Shown one piece after another: positions 1 through 13,986 of a stretch of 54,599 nucleotides of DNA. The notes under the pieces were generated by a model that was not told the DNA's origin, made no database searches, and was given only the letters and a program-made list of their open reading frames with translations. The DNA lies in the NCBI GenBank assembly GCA_000165425.1, contig CT867994.1, positions 248,001 through 302,599 of the forward strand. Direction: 5' to 3'. Within the stretch, counting starts at the first letter, position 1; each line of letters starts with the position of its first letter. Made by a program: the position numbers and the translations under genes. This stretch comes from Paramecium tetraurelia. Lineage: Eukaryota.

Positions 1-149
1 CAAAACCTTTCTATCAAGACCATTTAGGAATTGTCTGGTCTTAAAAATATAAAGACGATTATCAAATGGGCATTAATGATCTAATTATAAGTATGAAATT
101 TTATTACTATTTAGATTATTTATTATATACATGAACAAACGATAACTAA

Positions 150-1266
150 TCAAATAATTGAAAATCTTGCTCTTTTGGTTTTTCGAGGATCAGCTTCAAC
201 TGTGAGAACATTTTTATTAACTGATTTTGGTAGATTTCGTTAAGTAGATATTTCACCAACTTCAATTGATTGATCATCTTGATTATAATTGTTTTTTTCA
301 ATATTAAATGTATTTAGATGTTTATTTTTCCTATTTTATGTAGTTAGTTATTCACCAAAAAGTTTAGATTTACGAAATGATTACTTGATATCTGAGATTT
401 AAATATTTTTGTTGAGTATTGATTTCTTTATTGGCTTATATTCTAAGAGTTTCCAATACAAAATTTTTTCCATTATTAAAAGTCCCTTTACGATCATTGC
501 AATTAACCATAGTAATACCAAAATTGTAATGATTGCAAAGACTATAAATATGATGAGAAAAGATTTGGAGTCTAGAAAGTTCTTCCTATCAGTAATTGAA
601 TTAGCCTCTTTTCTATATTACAATAAAGTTCATACAATCGAATTCCAAGTAAGATTACAACAACTACTAACACAATTAAGAAGACCAATAAACAAAATAA
701 AGGTAATTTATCCTTGCTATGAGACCATGCTGTTTACTAAAATGTAAAATTTTAATTTACAGGATCAAAAATCTTCTCTATTTTAAGTTCCATTTAATAA
801 GTATCAGAACAAATTTCACATTTTGCTTTATTTAAGTTAATCCGATATTTTTATATAATTTGCTTTTTCAAACAATATTCATGGACGTATTTCTGAGATC
901 TTATACATTTACATACACGAATAAGAGGATTTTCTTTCTATTCTGGAAATTCACATATTCTACAAACACAACCTACACTCTTAAATGAATCTAAGTTTAA
1001 ATATATACAAACTTCTTGCGTAAATGTCTTTATGATATATTAGTTATTGCTTGCTCTCTTATTTTTAAAGTGTAGAATCAATAATTTTTGAAGACTCAGG
1101 AATTTCATTAATGATGATCTCTATTATTGTATTTAAATATACACTCTTGAGATTAATTTTATTTTATAGCATACTTCTTCTAAATTATTTGTATAATATC
1201 TATTGGAGCAACTTGCGATTCTGAAATTTCATGTTTTTCTTCCTTGGAATTTTCAACTTTATTCAT
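150..1266 (-). CDS. RING-CH (RINGv/MARCH-type) zinc finger protein with two transmembrane segments
   Basis: Ciliate-code translation starts MNKVENSKEE and contains CRICEF...NPLIRVCKCIRSQKYVHEYCLKK...KCEICSDTY (C4HC3 RING-CH, ~963-800), followed by hydrophobic LPLFCLLVFLIVLVVVVILLG and FLIIFIVFAIITILVLLWLIAMIV; TGA at 152-150. Intron positions not resolved. Confidence 0.8.
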
Positions 1267-1354
1267 AATTATAAACTTTATATTAAAATAATACAACGAT
1301 TAAATAGATTAAAACTGTACGATAAAATGATAGTACTTATGTAATATCAATTTT

Positions 1355-2077
1355 TCACCAACAAGTATTTGATATTGTATTTTCTCCAAGATGTTAATTT
1401 TATTGTAGTTACATCAAATTAGCAGTATTTTTATTCCCATGAGAATGTGCGCTTTCTTCTCTTCCTAATTTCACCCCAAAATTTTCTAATTAAGGGTCAA
1501 TTTCTCCTAGATTGACTTTTTCCAATATCATTTAAGTCATTCTTATAAATATTTCTTCAACGCTCTTTTTCACTTTAGAGCTGGTTTCAAAAAATTCAAT
1601 TCCACAATCCTTGGCTTATTGCAGTGCCTCATTATATGAAATTAAGCTTCTTTATTACTATTCAAAATCTCCTTTAATACCAACTAAGAGCATAGATAAT
1701 TTAGGATCTCCCTTCTATTTCACTTCATCAATCCATCTAGCCGCATTCTCATAGCTCTCCCTTTTTGTAACATCATAAGCTACAATAACTCCTGCTACAT
1801 TTCTAAAAAATGATCTAGTTATTGATTGAAAGGATTCAGCCTAATTTTACCCTCAAAATGAATACAATATTCCAAATTTGTAACTTTATGTTTAATCCAT
1901 CTAATTTGATAACTTTTGATCCAAGCTCCAAATAAATAGTCGTCTCTTTATTTTGTTTAGAATGTTAATCAGCAAACGAGAGCAAAAGATTCGATTTTTC
2001 AATCACTTGAGAATTAACTCATTTTCATTACCTGGTTCACCAATAAGAATGACTTTGAATAGATAATGAAATGACAT
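1355..2077 (-). CDS. Rab2-like small GTPase with degenerate nucleotide-binding motifs (pseudo-GTPase or decaying paralogue)
   Basis: MSFHYLFKVILIGEP...KLQIWNI/AESFQSITRSFFRNVAGVIVAYDVTKRESY...FFETSSK, two ~25-nt introns (~2006-2031, ~1841-1865), ends NTCW-TGA. Rab-family motifs (SITRS, YDVT, FETS) are recognisable. Confidence 0.8.
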
Positions 2078-2954
2078 TCTGTAGTATGTATTTTCTAAAA
2101 TAAATTAAAGAAAAATAGTTTAAAAACAAATCATAAGCCTTATGATGATGTAATTGTTCTTGCTAGCTTCCGCTGTATTCTAATTTAATAAAGTACCAGA
2201 TATGAATTCAGATACTGCGCCCGCCTATATAATAATAAATTATTGTAACATAAAAAATAATCATACTAAATTGTGCTTTTTATTTTAATCCTGAAATAAA
2301 ATGCTAAGGTTTATAAAATAATAATTCTTACTTTATGATTTGTCAACAAGAATCTTCAAAAGAGTAAGTGGTTATTTTCATTTGACTAACTATATATTTG
2401 GTATAAGAAAATTTTTAAGATAATAAAATGGTAGAAATTCTATGAAACTATGATTTCTTATACTATTTTTAGGACTTTAATTTTTATTTATCACTCATTA
2501 TTTTTAATTAATATATATTTGAGATATTTATAGAAACAATGTTGATTGGTGCGTTATCAAAAGAATTTTTCATAAATTTTAGCTGGAGTGGAACTAATTT
2601 AGGAAGTAAATCTGATGATTCAAAGAAGGATAAAAAGTGAAAATATAATACATCATAAATATTGATATTCCATTCTAAATATTAAGAATTAATATAATTT
2701 TTAATATTATAAAGCAAGAGAAAAAAAGTTTATGAGGCTCATTAATAAAATAAAGAAAACTCTGTCCAATTTAAGGGATTTGTAAAAGTATGAAGGTTTG
2801 AAAAATAGAAAATGAGAAATGTAATTAGAAAAAATTAGAAGTATGAGATAACTTAAGTATAAATTATGATCATTTATTTTAAATTGTAAAGATTACGATA
2901 TAATTAAGTTCTAAAAATATTTTTGTCATCTTATAATAAAAATATAATTCAATA

Positions 2955-3449
2955 ATGGAAGACCTCAAGAAACAGTACAGCAAAATAAATAAGGAGTTAA
3001 GAGAGCAAATCATTCATTAGATCTTAGATGAAAAGAAATCAATTGCAGATGTAATTCTAAGTTATCTAACATAGGTCGCCTAACAACATAATATATTAAT
3101 GTCTACCTGTAAATCCATTATTAATACATATATGAGAGAGGGAAGGGTTGGTAAAAAAGAGAGTCGAGTAAGGAAACTTAAAAAAATAATTCGAATATAT
3201 GATATTGTATTAAATCCTATTCAGCCTTAAATGTCCACTTACCTTTATAGTCAAAAAACAGAAAATTGCATAGAAAAATCTATTAAGAGTTAGAAAGAAG
3301 ATAATGAATAAAAAGAAATTTAGGAAAATCAAAATAATGATAATTTTATGATGCTTTCTTTATGGTGTGAACAAATTAAGAATTAATTCGCACCCTATGG
3401 GTAACCCAACTACATATTCCAACCATTCACTTAAACTTATTAGAAATGA
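2955..3449 (+). CDS. Small homeodomain-like/helix-turn-helix protein
   Basis: MEDLKKQYSKINKELREQIIHQILDEKKSIAD|VAQQHNILMSTCKSIINTYMREGRVGKK; 24-nt intron 3051-3074; TGA 3447-3449. HTH assignment is pattern-based inference. Confidence 0.65.
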
Positions 3450-4588
3450 CTTATATATATAATTTTATTTAAAATTTATATCTTATTATTTAATTACAAT
3501 TTCAAATTCTTTTTTTAAAATATTATATTATAGTATTAATAATATGTGATAAAATCGAAAGAATTATTTATGCATCCATCATCTTGGAATTAATATTTTC
3601 TTATTTTCTAAAAACCTGTTTGTAGAAGGTAAATTTATGAATTTTACAAAATATTATCATATCCATAAAATAAAATTATTTGAATCAAAGTCTATTATCA
3701 ATAGAATTCAATGAACTAAAACGAATTGCAAAATGCTTACTTAATTAACACTTTTTAGAGTTGAATACCCGAAAATGGGGTCAAATTTAATTTGTTAATT
3801 TTCATAATTTAAACTTCCTACTCCAAATAAAGTTATGAATAAGAAATGTTTGAGAATCAAATAAAAATTGATTACACTTTAACAATATTCTTTTATTTAG
3901 TTTAATTGTAAAAAACTTTGATTAAATGTAGCTAATAATATAATATCCTAATGATTAATAAAACACAAAGCAATAAAAGATATGTGAATGTTACCTTATT
4001 TATAAGATTTGAATAAAGAAAACAAGGCTTTATAAATCTAGAATAGATTTAATCAATATATATTCATTAATTTATTAATGATGTTAATTGAAGTTTAGGC
4101 TGAATTAGTTGACACCTTGTCGTAAACGACAGCTTAATTAATTTGAGATAGTTTTTATTCATATCAGATTATTGCTATTGAATTTTCTATAAAAAGCTAA
4201 AATATCGCATTTGAGATGAAGTTTTTTAAGAATATACTTTATAATTATAATTAACATAAAAGGAATGATCAAATATCATTTATCTTTTTCAATCTTTTTT
4301 TCCCCATTTTGTAAGCTTTGCTGTTAAATTTGTCTCAAAATTGGTAGTGTTACATAATTGACAAACTATATTTTTTTGTTCTACACTGTTCTTTGAGGAA
4401 GCATAATTATACTCAAAGATAAGTTATTTTAATTAATATTATTTTGAAAATAATTTTGAGTATTTGATGTAGATGTTAAGAATGAAAATAGATGGCAGTG
4501 CTGATTTGAAATTTGAGAAATTATAAATATTTTGATGCTTCTAAAGGCTATTAATTAATTAATATATATACTAAAAAATAACCGAAGG

Positions 4589-7500
4589 ATGGCCACAGCA
4601 TTAGCTTCTGCAGGACAATCTATAAGTAAAATGGTCTTATTCAAAGGGTTAGTTGGAACTTATGTATAATAAGATATAGAGACAAGATTGCAATAAGATG
4701 TATATAAAAAGCAAATTAGAGTCAGGGAATTCTTTACTGATTTTGATCGATTAAGAAAGGGTTGGGTGACAGAGGACAAGGTAATGAGTTTTGATTGATC
4801 TCTAGTTTCGTTCTGCACTTTCTATGATAAATTTTCATTTTACAAAGGAGGATATAGAGGAAATCATTCGAAGATACAAACTAAATGATGGGCTAATACA
4901 ATATACAACATTTTGTAATAAACTTGAGGAGCAATTTCTCAACAATGAAGCAAAGGCTCAGGTATTTTAAGCACCTCAAGTATGAAGATGTTAATATTTA
5001 GATTTTCAATCAAAATGAGGAGGAGACTGTAAAAAGATTAATGTAGGCCATAAAAAGAAAGATTGCTACGAAAAGAATATTCTTGAAATAGCCATTTTAA
5101 GACTTTGATAGGACTGCATGTTCACATATTACAATTGATTAATTTTCAAGGGTTCTAAATTAATTAGGATTGTTGCCAAAAGATCAATATTTACAGTTAC
5201 TTATAAGATAATATATTGACAATGGAAATCCTAAGGAAGTTAATTATGTAAAGTTTTGCGATGATGTTGATAATGTGTAAGAAATGCTGAGTGGAGTGAT
5301 CACAGGAATCAAATAGAATCCAAAAGATGTAAAATGAGAAAATAATATTGTAGATTCACCCAGATGATGACTTCATAGAAGACAAAGAAGGATTGGACTT
5401 GATTTCCACTTTATTCACATCAAAAAAGTTGACAGACAATATTAATACTTTGAATCAAGTATTGAGAAAGATCTAAGGAGATGTAGTTATGAAAAGAATC
5501 AGAATAAGAGAGTTCTTCAAAGATTTTGATCCTTTGAGAAAAGGCTTGGTGACTGAATCTTAAGTATGACATCAATAAATGAATATAGTTTGCTAGAATT
5601 TTGCATATTCAAAATATTCCAGTTTCTGAAAAAGAAATTTAATTGTTGTTGAATTAATACAAGATCGATAAGATTCCAAATGGTTAAGTGGATTATAATA
5701 AGTTTTGTGAGGATGTTGATAAGATATTTACAATTAAGGGTATTGATAAGGAGCCATAAGCTTAGGTTCCTTAAATAGATGACTCTACTACTCTACCTGC
5801 AAGGAGAAGATATTTATAGATGACAGAATAGGAGGCAATTTAATTGGATGACTTACTTATGAAATACAAATAAGCAATCTAAAATAAGAGAGTTCTACTA
5901 AAACCCGTTTTTGAAGATTTTGATAAGACTAAATAAGGTTATATTACAACCAATCAATTTTTAAGAATTCTGAATCAATTCAATTTATTTCCTGACCCAG
6001 TTTCATTAAACCTCTTATTAAAGAGATTTGTCGATAAAGCTAATTTAAATGAAGTCAATTACTATGATTTTTGTAGGATTGTCGATTAATCAGATGAGGG
6101 AGTTGCTATTAGTAAATCACATGCAGATGCATTTAAAAATTATGTCAAATCAGATAATTTGAGTTAGGCATTTATTAGAAATGATCAACCTAATGATTTT
6201 GAAGATTTGATGGCTAAATTGAGAAGAATAGTCAAAGAATAAAGATAGAGAATTGCTGAATTTCTTAAAGATTTTGATAAATTAAGAAGTGGTACAATCA
6301 CAATCACTTAATTGAGAAAAGGATTAAGCATGGCAAAGATCCTCTTGTCAGATGCAGAATTCTAATTGATTCTGAACAATTTCGGATGTAAGGACAAGTA
6401 GGGATTTGTATTTTGGAAAGAGTTTACAGATTAAGTAGATTAAGTGTTCACTACTAAAAATCTGGAGAAAGTAAGTCCATCAGAAAGTGTACCATAAATG
6501 TCTACTCAATATAATTATGGTAGAGTCTCTATAACTGAAAGAGATAGACAGGTGGCTGAAGTAGTGAAAAAGAAATTCTAATATTTCTGTAAGGCTACTA
6601 GACTTGATATTAAGCAATTCTTTTAAGATTGGGACAAGTTGGGAAGAAATAAGGTGTCTCCAAAACAATTTAGATAGACATTGGCTACTGTTAATTTTAT
6701 TTTATCTGATGAAGAATTCTAGGCAGTTGTCAAGATCTATGCTGCAGAAGATGATGGTGATATCAGATATGTTCAATTTATCAATGACACTTAACCACCA
6801 TTAGAAATACTAACAGAGTCTGGAGCATCTTAGGCATATGTTGGTGTTTAGCCAAAAGAGAAAGAAAAAGTACAGACTTTTCTTATAATTAGTTATAACC
6901 TTCTGTGTTATTAGAATAGATTAAAGTGGCTGTCAAGGTCAAGAGATTGAGATTGGGGGATTATTTCAAAGACTTTGATCCTCTGAGAAAAGGAATGATG
7001 CCTACAAATAAGTTTAGAGGAGTTCTAAGTCAGATGAAGATAGATTTAGATTAAGAAAGTTTGGATCTATTGGAAACCATGTATGTAGTACCAGAAGATC
7101 CAATCAGAGTGAATTATGCTAAGTTTATTGAAGATGTGGAAATTGTATTCACTAAAACAGTAATTTATCTATTGAAAATGTTTCTAGGGATTAGATAAGG
7201 ATCCATTAATGAAACCACCTGTTCATGTGATTCCCACTTTCCTTGATCCTAGGGATGCTTTGACTCAAGATGAGGAAGAAGCTTTGCATGCGATTATGTT
7301 AAGACTTGGCGAAGTTGTGAGAAAGCATAGGATTTTGCTTAAGCCTCACTTTCAAGATAAGGTATAAAATTAAAGAGGAATGTTTAGGATAAAACAAAAT
7401 CTGGCAAAATCACTTTTACTAGATTTAGATCTATTATGGACTTTCACAAATTGCCATTGACTGACGATCAATTTAGAGTAATTTGCAAGAGGTTTTATTA

Positions 7501-7597
7501 ATTATTGATATCATTTAGATTTGCATATTAGGGCATTGAATTTAATTATGTTGAGTTTGATGAAATCTTAAAAAAGTATGAGAACTTTTACCAATGA
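4589..7597 (+). CDS. Multi-EF-hand repeat protein (~930 aa)
   Basis: Eight repeats with loops DFDRLRKG, DFDRTACS, DFDPLRKG, DFDKTKQG, DFDKLRSG, DWDKLGRN, DFDPLRKG, DKDKTKSG, mostly paired with a second (V/I)xYxxF EF-like helix; about 8 tiny introns; TGA 7595-7597. Confidence 0.85.
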
Positions 7598-7727
7598 ATT
7601 ATAATCAAATTAAATATTTAATATAACAATTCTAAATTCTATCTTCAAACTTCATACAATTTAATAATAACAAAATGATTGGCCAACTTAGTAAATTAAA
7701 CAAATATTAATAATTATTATTTTTCCC

Positions 7728-8693
7728 ATGAGTATAGGCATAATTAGAGCCAAATGTGCACTCTCCGTTCCTTAATCTAATAACGTTCCTGGTGCTATGC
7801 CTTTACTAATGACTCTTTAGAACAGCGAAAACGATAGTACGAGTTAAAACCATAATTTTTATTAGAGTATTAGAATGAACCAAAGCAAGGAGACTCGATT
7901 TTTATTCCTTTCATTAATGAAAGAGACAGAATGAACAGACTAGTTTAAGGAGACAAATACTCCACTCCCAAAAGATAAAACATCTAATAGGTTCCTGAGA
8001 CTGTAAAAGAAAAATGGATACAGCATGACCCCATGAAGTTGAAATTACCACACAAAAGACTTTCCCTAGAAGATCGACATATGAGTAATCAATGCTGCTT
8101 ATTTAGATAAGTAAAGGAGTCGATCTAATGCTGAATTGCGAATGAAAGTCATTTAGACAACTACTGAAAGATAAAGTCTCTTACTCTCATAAGATCAATC
8201 TATCTAACCTTAATTTGAAGAATATAAAAAGGCAGTCTATGAAAATATATTAAATAAAAAGAAACAAATTCTCTAATCTCCACCTCAACAGACAACAGGA
8301 AAGAATTAAAGCTCTGAAAATTTATAACTATTTCCAATATCTACGTTTGAAAAATTAAAATAATCAAGATCTCCCTCACTTATTTTTGTCAAAAAATCAA
8401 TCTAACAAACTGCATCGAAACATTAACACTTTCTAAATTTTAAATTACCATCTCTTATTCAAAAGGAATATATAAAATAGTTCTTAGACAGCAACAAAAA
8501 AATCAAAGATCTCATACAGGAACAAAATGATGAAAAATTTAAATTCCCTTCAGATTTTGAGCCAAAAATAGTTGAAATGAAAAAACAGTTAAAAAAAATG
8601 AAAAGCAGACTTAAGAATTGGGAAACCGATAGAGAAGTCACAGACAATAAAGGATTTTTAAAAGAAATTGCCTGTGGCATCATAAATAAATGA
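7728..8693 (+). CDS. Hypothetical protein (~310 aa, basic, low complexity)
   Basis: ATG 7728 (MSIGIIRAKCALSVP), 29-nt intron ~7838-7866, ends KEIACGIINK-TGA. No recognisable domain; interior not fully translated. Confidence 0.65.
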
Positions 8694-8796
8694 TATATAT
8701 TTATGTTATTAAAAATGATTACCCATAAGTTTTTTTTGAGTCAAATGAGATTTTTACAAAAATTGAAAAAAAAGAAAACAAAATAATTAAATGCAA

Positions 8797-9590
8797 TCAT
8801 ACCATTTGCTTTTGAAAATTAAATCTATGTTTAGAATTTTTCTATAATAAATCTAGCAATTAAGATGCAGATGATTGATCATCCTCATAGGATAAAGAAG
8901 AATCTAGTGATGTCGTGTTACTCTCAAACTAAAAGGATTACATGAAATAGAATACTCTCTCATCTGTCAAGGAAGATATTGTCTCTTAAACTGGTGAAAT
9001 TTGATTGAACAGATGCTGAAATTTTGGATTGGTGATTTAACGAACTTTTTGCTAGTTGTTTAATCGGTCTTTTAAAATTAAACTCTGTAAAGCATCATAT
9101 CTCTTTACAAGCATTTGCTTAGTTTTATTTAAATCCTTTATTTCCTTTATCAAGAAGGCATTTTCTTAATTATATTTTTGGAGTTCCACTTATAATTTTT
9201 TCTTCTCTTCCTGAACTGCCTTATTAGTAACTCGAAAAGATGAATAATTTTGCTAAGCTTATCTGATAAATATATACAGGAGTGTTTTGACTAAAGTATT
9301 GCATCTGTCGATCAAGGAAAACTAAAAACTCATTTTTATTTGCTTATTTCTCTAAACATTAATCAAATAACTCTATTTATGCCATTTCATTTATATTATG
9401 CTAAGAAGTGCTTCTATGCTTGATGCCCCCAAATTATTAAGTCTAATTAATATTCATTTTTATATTGGTTGACATTGATTTTGGTAAAGTGTCTTAGTTA
9501 GATCTTTGCTTTCTTAATTCTACCATCATTTTATAATTAAATTATACTTGCGTAATTGATTCCGCTTGATTTGGGAGTTGTTGAATTCAT
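8797..9590 (-). CDS. Hypothetical protein (~255 aa)
   Basis: MNSTTPKSSGINYA|KLRKQRS with intron ~9520-9547; ends FNFQKQMV-TGA; convergent with the previous gene. Confidence 0.65.
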
Positions 9591-10039
9591 AATTTAAATT
9601 TTTTTTAACTATATATAATTAAATTTTAATATTGTATTTCATCAAATGCCTTTTGTTAATATCCTCATTTTCGCTATTTAATTTCCAAGTTATCACAGAA
9701 CCCAAATGCACTCAATGTAAATTGATAACAAATATTTTCTAATTCACAAAGTTCCACAATAAGAGTCATTCAAAAAAGAAAATTACGAAATTAACATAAT
9801 TACAAATTAGAATTTAGTGGAATGCATTCTAATAATTGATATAATTGAGTAGAATCTTAAATAAATAGATTTTCATAAAAATATTCTATTATTTTTTGTA
9901 AACTTAACTTTATCCATAAAAATTAGTTATTAATGATTGTTAACCTAACTATTAGATATGATTTAGGGTAGATTGAAAAAACACCTTTAAATTTTAATTT
10001 ACAGCACTTAATTCTATACATTAACATTTATTATTTAAA

Positions 10040-12313
10040 ATGCTGCAATTATAGTTAGAGGTGAGGACAATCTAATTTTATATTAATTCAATGACAGAAT
10101 TCTGTTCGATCTAATTTATTCATAGTATGAGATATTTATAATAGACTTATCGTCAACTCCTTTGAAGTCATTATTGAGATGTAGATGTAGAGATATCCAA
10201 GAAATTAGGGAAAAAATTGATTTAAACATATAATACTTTGATAAGGGGAATGTAAGTTTAGTTATTGATATTATTGTAGTTAAGGCTGTAGATATATGAT
10301 GGCTAAATTATTTTCGGAGAAGCCACAATCAATTTAGGATTTTACATTGAAAACAGCCTACCTGTCATCATCGACAACATTACAATACAGAGTAGGTATG
10401 ATCAAGAAGCTTATGTTGAGATGAGTTTAGGATGGAACTAATTTGAGTAAACACAAACTAAAGAAATTCAATAGGCTAATCCCATAAGAGAATAACCATT
10501 ATTTATAAAATTATCTTAATAAACAGCTAATAGAGTACCAAATGAGATAGATCACCAGATCGAAAATAGATTAATCAATGCTCCTTCTTTAGAATAGATC
10601 TATATTCTTCAAAGCAAATAAGAATATATAGATAAAAAGTCGATAGAATAATAGAAATAATTAGAGGATGAAAAAATAGAAGATATCACCAAAGCACATC
10701 TCGAAACAACAAACTCTCGAAGATTCTAAACTCCAAAGGACAGCAAACTCGCTAAAAAACAGAAAATTTAAAAGTCTTCCGGACTATTAGAGCATTATAA
10801 AACATAAATTCATTCAAAATCGACATATAGTGATTCTAAGCAAGCTGCCAGAGAATAAGGATTAAGGATAGTACAGAAAAGTCCTAATATTTTTGATTAA
10901 AAAGCAAAAATTAGAATTCATAGTCATTAAAATGAAGAAAATGATGCAATTAAAGGAACTGCGAAATAATAAAGAAATTGTAATAAAAACGCAGCACCAA
11001 TAGAAGATTAAGGGAAGAATAGTTAAAAATATTTAGAGGCTGGGTTCTTTACAAGTAGGTAACTAGAAATTGATTTGAAAGAGTATAAATAAGTCTCAAT
11101 TCAGCAATTATTAAATGAAAATCAATAGATGTAATACTAGATAGAGAGATTGTCTTTAGAGAATCAAGATTTGAAAGAGTAATTAATAAAAAGTGAAGCA
11201 ACGTTTAATTTATTATCAGAGACTTATACCAACCTTAGAAATGAATATAAAAAGGTCTAGATTAAAAGTTACGATAGTTCTAATAACACCTTTATAATAA
11301 ATAAAGAATATGAATTTATTAAGAAAGAACTGGAGTAGAAGCAGAAACAGATTGAGTTCAATTAAAAGGAAACTGAATTAGGGAAAATAGAATTAGAGAT
11401 AACTAAGAGGGAAAATATTCAATTACAAATAGATCTAGAATAAATTAGGAAGGAGGTCTTTAATAAAAAGATTGAAAATAGTGAACTCTTAAAGGATATT
11501 TAAGAAAAATAAGTCAAAATAAATACCTTAGAGGAGTAATTACTAAATTAATAAGTTAATCAATAATTATCTCAAGATCTACAACTATAAGAATACTCAG
11601 AAGAATAAAATAATTATCATTTATAATAAAAGATGAATAGCATGTAAATTTATAGAATTGAAATTGATAATTATTATTAGGAATTAATATAAACACGATA
11701 AAAACTACTAATTTAGGAATCATGTGGAAAATAGCAATCAGAATTTCTGGAGGAAAGACAGCAAATTAATTCGCAATTACAATAAGAAATTAATTAGTTA
11801 AAATAAAAATTAATTGAAAGTAATAAAGAAATAAAGTCAAAGTAAATAATGAATTTAGTACTAGGACCTTAGAAATCGAAATTCTAAAAACTTAAATCAA
11901 TTCGCACTTATAAATACCGGATAACCAGAATCTAGACTTGACATCTCTTATCAATCAATAATCTACTCTATACACAAATCTTAAATAAGAAAACCAATCT
12001 TTGGGTAAATTATAAATTAAGTAAATTTAGTCCATCAAAATAGAAAAGATTAAGTCAAGCTTGAGAGTTTGTAGAAGGAACTAGGCATCTATAAAGTAAT
12101 CAATATGATATTAAGAGAAAGAACATTGTTAAGTTGAGTGAATAGAGACAACAATCTCTTGAATAAGAAATCTAATAACTTGAGAAAGCGGTTTTAAATG
12201 GTAAATAGAATATGGCTGATGTAATTAATGCTGTACTTGAGTGTGGTGGACCAACCTTAGCTGAAGCTGTGGAAAGGTTCTTAATAACGAGAAGGAGTTC
12301 GAAAATAAGTTGA
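10040..12313 (+). CDS. Hypothetical coiled-coil protein (~730 aa)
   Basis: MLQLQLEVRTIQFYIN, small introns near 10126-10145 and ~10232-10280, long E/Q/K-rich heptad region ~11100-11900, ends ITRRSSKIS-TGA. Confidence 0.7.
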
Positions 12314-12755
12314 TAATAATTTATTAAATAATTAAATTAATTTCATTCAAAAATTAAAAAATAAATTTATTATTACTTTTTTTGTATAAACAAATTTTTT
12401 AAAAATTCGACTTCAAACTTTGTTTCAATATTTGAAATGGATCAATTTTAGACGATTAACATAAGATTACTCTAAGCTAAGGACTTTCATGATGATTTCA
12501 TACTTTGAAGTGGCAAATTAAGGAAAATTATTTACATTTTGAGGTCCTCGAGTAGGGGAAATTTTGAATTTAAATGATGTTTAAAATAAACTACCAGGAA
12601 GAGGATGTGCAGAATTGGATCTTTGTAATTTAAAGATTAGCAATATCATTATCCAAAAATATCACAAATAAACCAATGAAATTAACGAAATTTAATAATT
12701 CGAATTTAAAGCTTATAACAAAAAATTAATAATAAAATAAGAAAACATAATTAAA

Positions 12756-13054
12756 ATGGCAAAAGGAGCAACAAAGGGAAACAAGGGAGCCAAGAAGGCT
12801 GGAACACCAAGTGAATTATTTAATTTATTGTAGAAGCTACAAAGAATGTTAAGAAAGTCACTAAAAAGACCACTGATGCTACTCCAGCACCAGCCCCAGT
12901 GACAACTACAGCACCTGCACCTACCACCGCAACACCAGTTGCTGCATCAACACCCAAAAAATAAGGAAAACAAGCAGCTAAACCAAAGCAAGCAACTAAA
13001 AAAGCCGCAAAGAAGGCTCCCAAAAAGGATAGCAAGAAATAAGCCAAGAAATGA
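12756..13054 (+). CDS. Small Lys/Ala/Thr/Pro-rich basic protein, histone H1-like (91 aa, no globular domain)
   Basis: MAKGATKGNKGAKKAGTP|KATKNVKKVTKKTTDATPAPAPVTTTAPAPTTATPVAASTPKKQGKQAAKPKQATKKAAKKAPKKDSKKQAKK-TGA; 23-nt intron 12811-12833; 26 of 91 residues are Lys; TPK/TPKK motifs. The CDS is clear; the H1 call is inference. Confidence 0.7.
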
Positions 13055-13986
13055 TTAGTTATTCAAGAATTAATCTATTAATTAGATATTAAATATTTCT
13101 TTTTTCTCAGATGCATATTTGGATAAAATCTATTTCTATAATATTATCAATTTCATATAGTTTTATGATCGCTGATTCGAATCCCTTTCCTCCTCTAATG
13201 TCTTTATGACCTAATGAAATCAATAATAATTAAGATATCAATATTTTTTATTTAGAATACTAATAAACGTGTTTTGTTTCTACCTTAGTTCAATTCATTT
13301 CCTGCTCTTCATTTAAAAAAATACCGAAAGCAATGTGACAAATATTCAAATAGCACATCCTTTATGTTATTATCTAGTGAATGATCACAATTAGTGTTGT
13401 CCCAATGTTTATATCTAAATAAAATTTATTTTTGAAATCCGAATTCTTATTTACATTGCTTAAATAATAAATGGGTTTCTTTGAAAATAGAAAGATGTCT
13501 TCTAACTAATATTTTAGAGATGTGATACTTTGATGAAGGTAAATTATCGGTATTTTTATGGATGAATTTAATGTAATTTTTATTTTTCAAATGTATTCAA
13601 AAGCGAAATAGAGTTAAACTGAGTTTAAAGATGATACATTATAAATGATTAGGAAATATATTCAGATTTCCTTATAATTAAGAATTTAAATCAAATTATT
13701 AGCTAATATTAATAGAAACAACTTATTTTATTTTAAGAAGCCGTAATAAATATTGGATATATAGATATATCAAATAATGTTTGAGGGGTATAAATAAATT
13801 AGTATTATCAAGTAAGTATCTTTATATATAATAACTCAAATTCAAAGCTTGTGCTATAAATGAACATCATATTTGAAAATACAATCTTGCTATAGAGATC
13901 ATTAAATGATGAAATTTATTAAATATTTAATTTAAGAATTTATAATTTTAATATTCTTAATATATTATTTTAATGTTTTTATTGAA

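Noticed and set aside
2150..2900. Coding-like patches in the intergenic region between the Rab and HTH genes
   Set aside because: Short, interrupted and unassignable; possibly gene remnants but not supportable.
12820..13047. Hydrophobic minus-strand ORF (MAYFLLSFLGAFF...) resembling a membrane peptide
   Set aside because: Antisense shadow of the Lys/Ala-rich plus-strand gene, which has a proper ATG, intron and TGA.
13165..13200. gattcgaatccc resembling a tRNA T-loop/B-box
   Set aside because: No acceptor stem, D-arm or anticodon arm could be folded around it.
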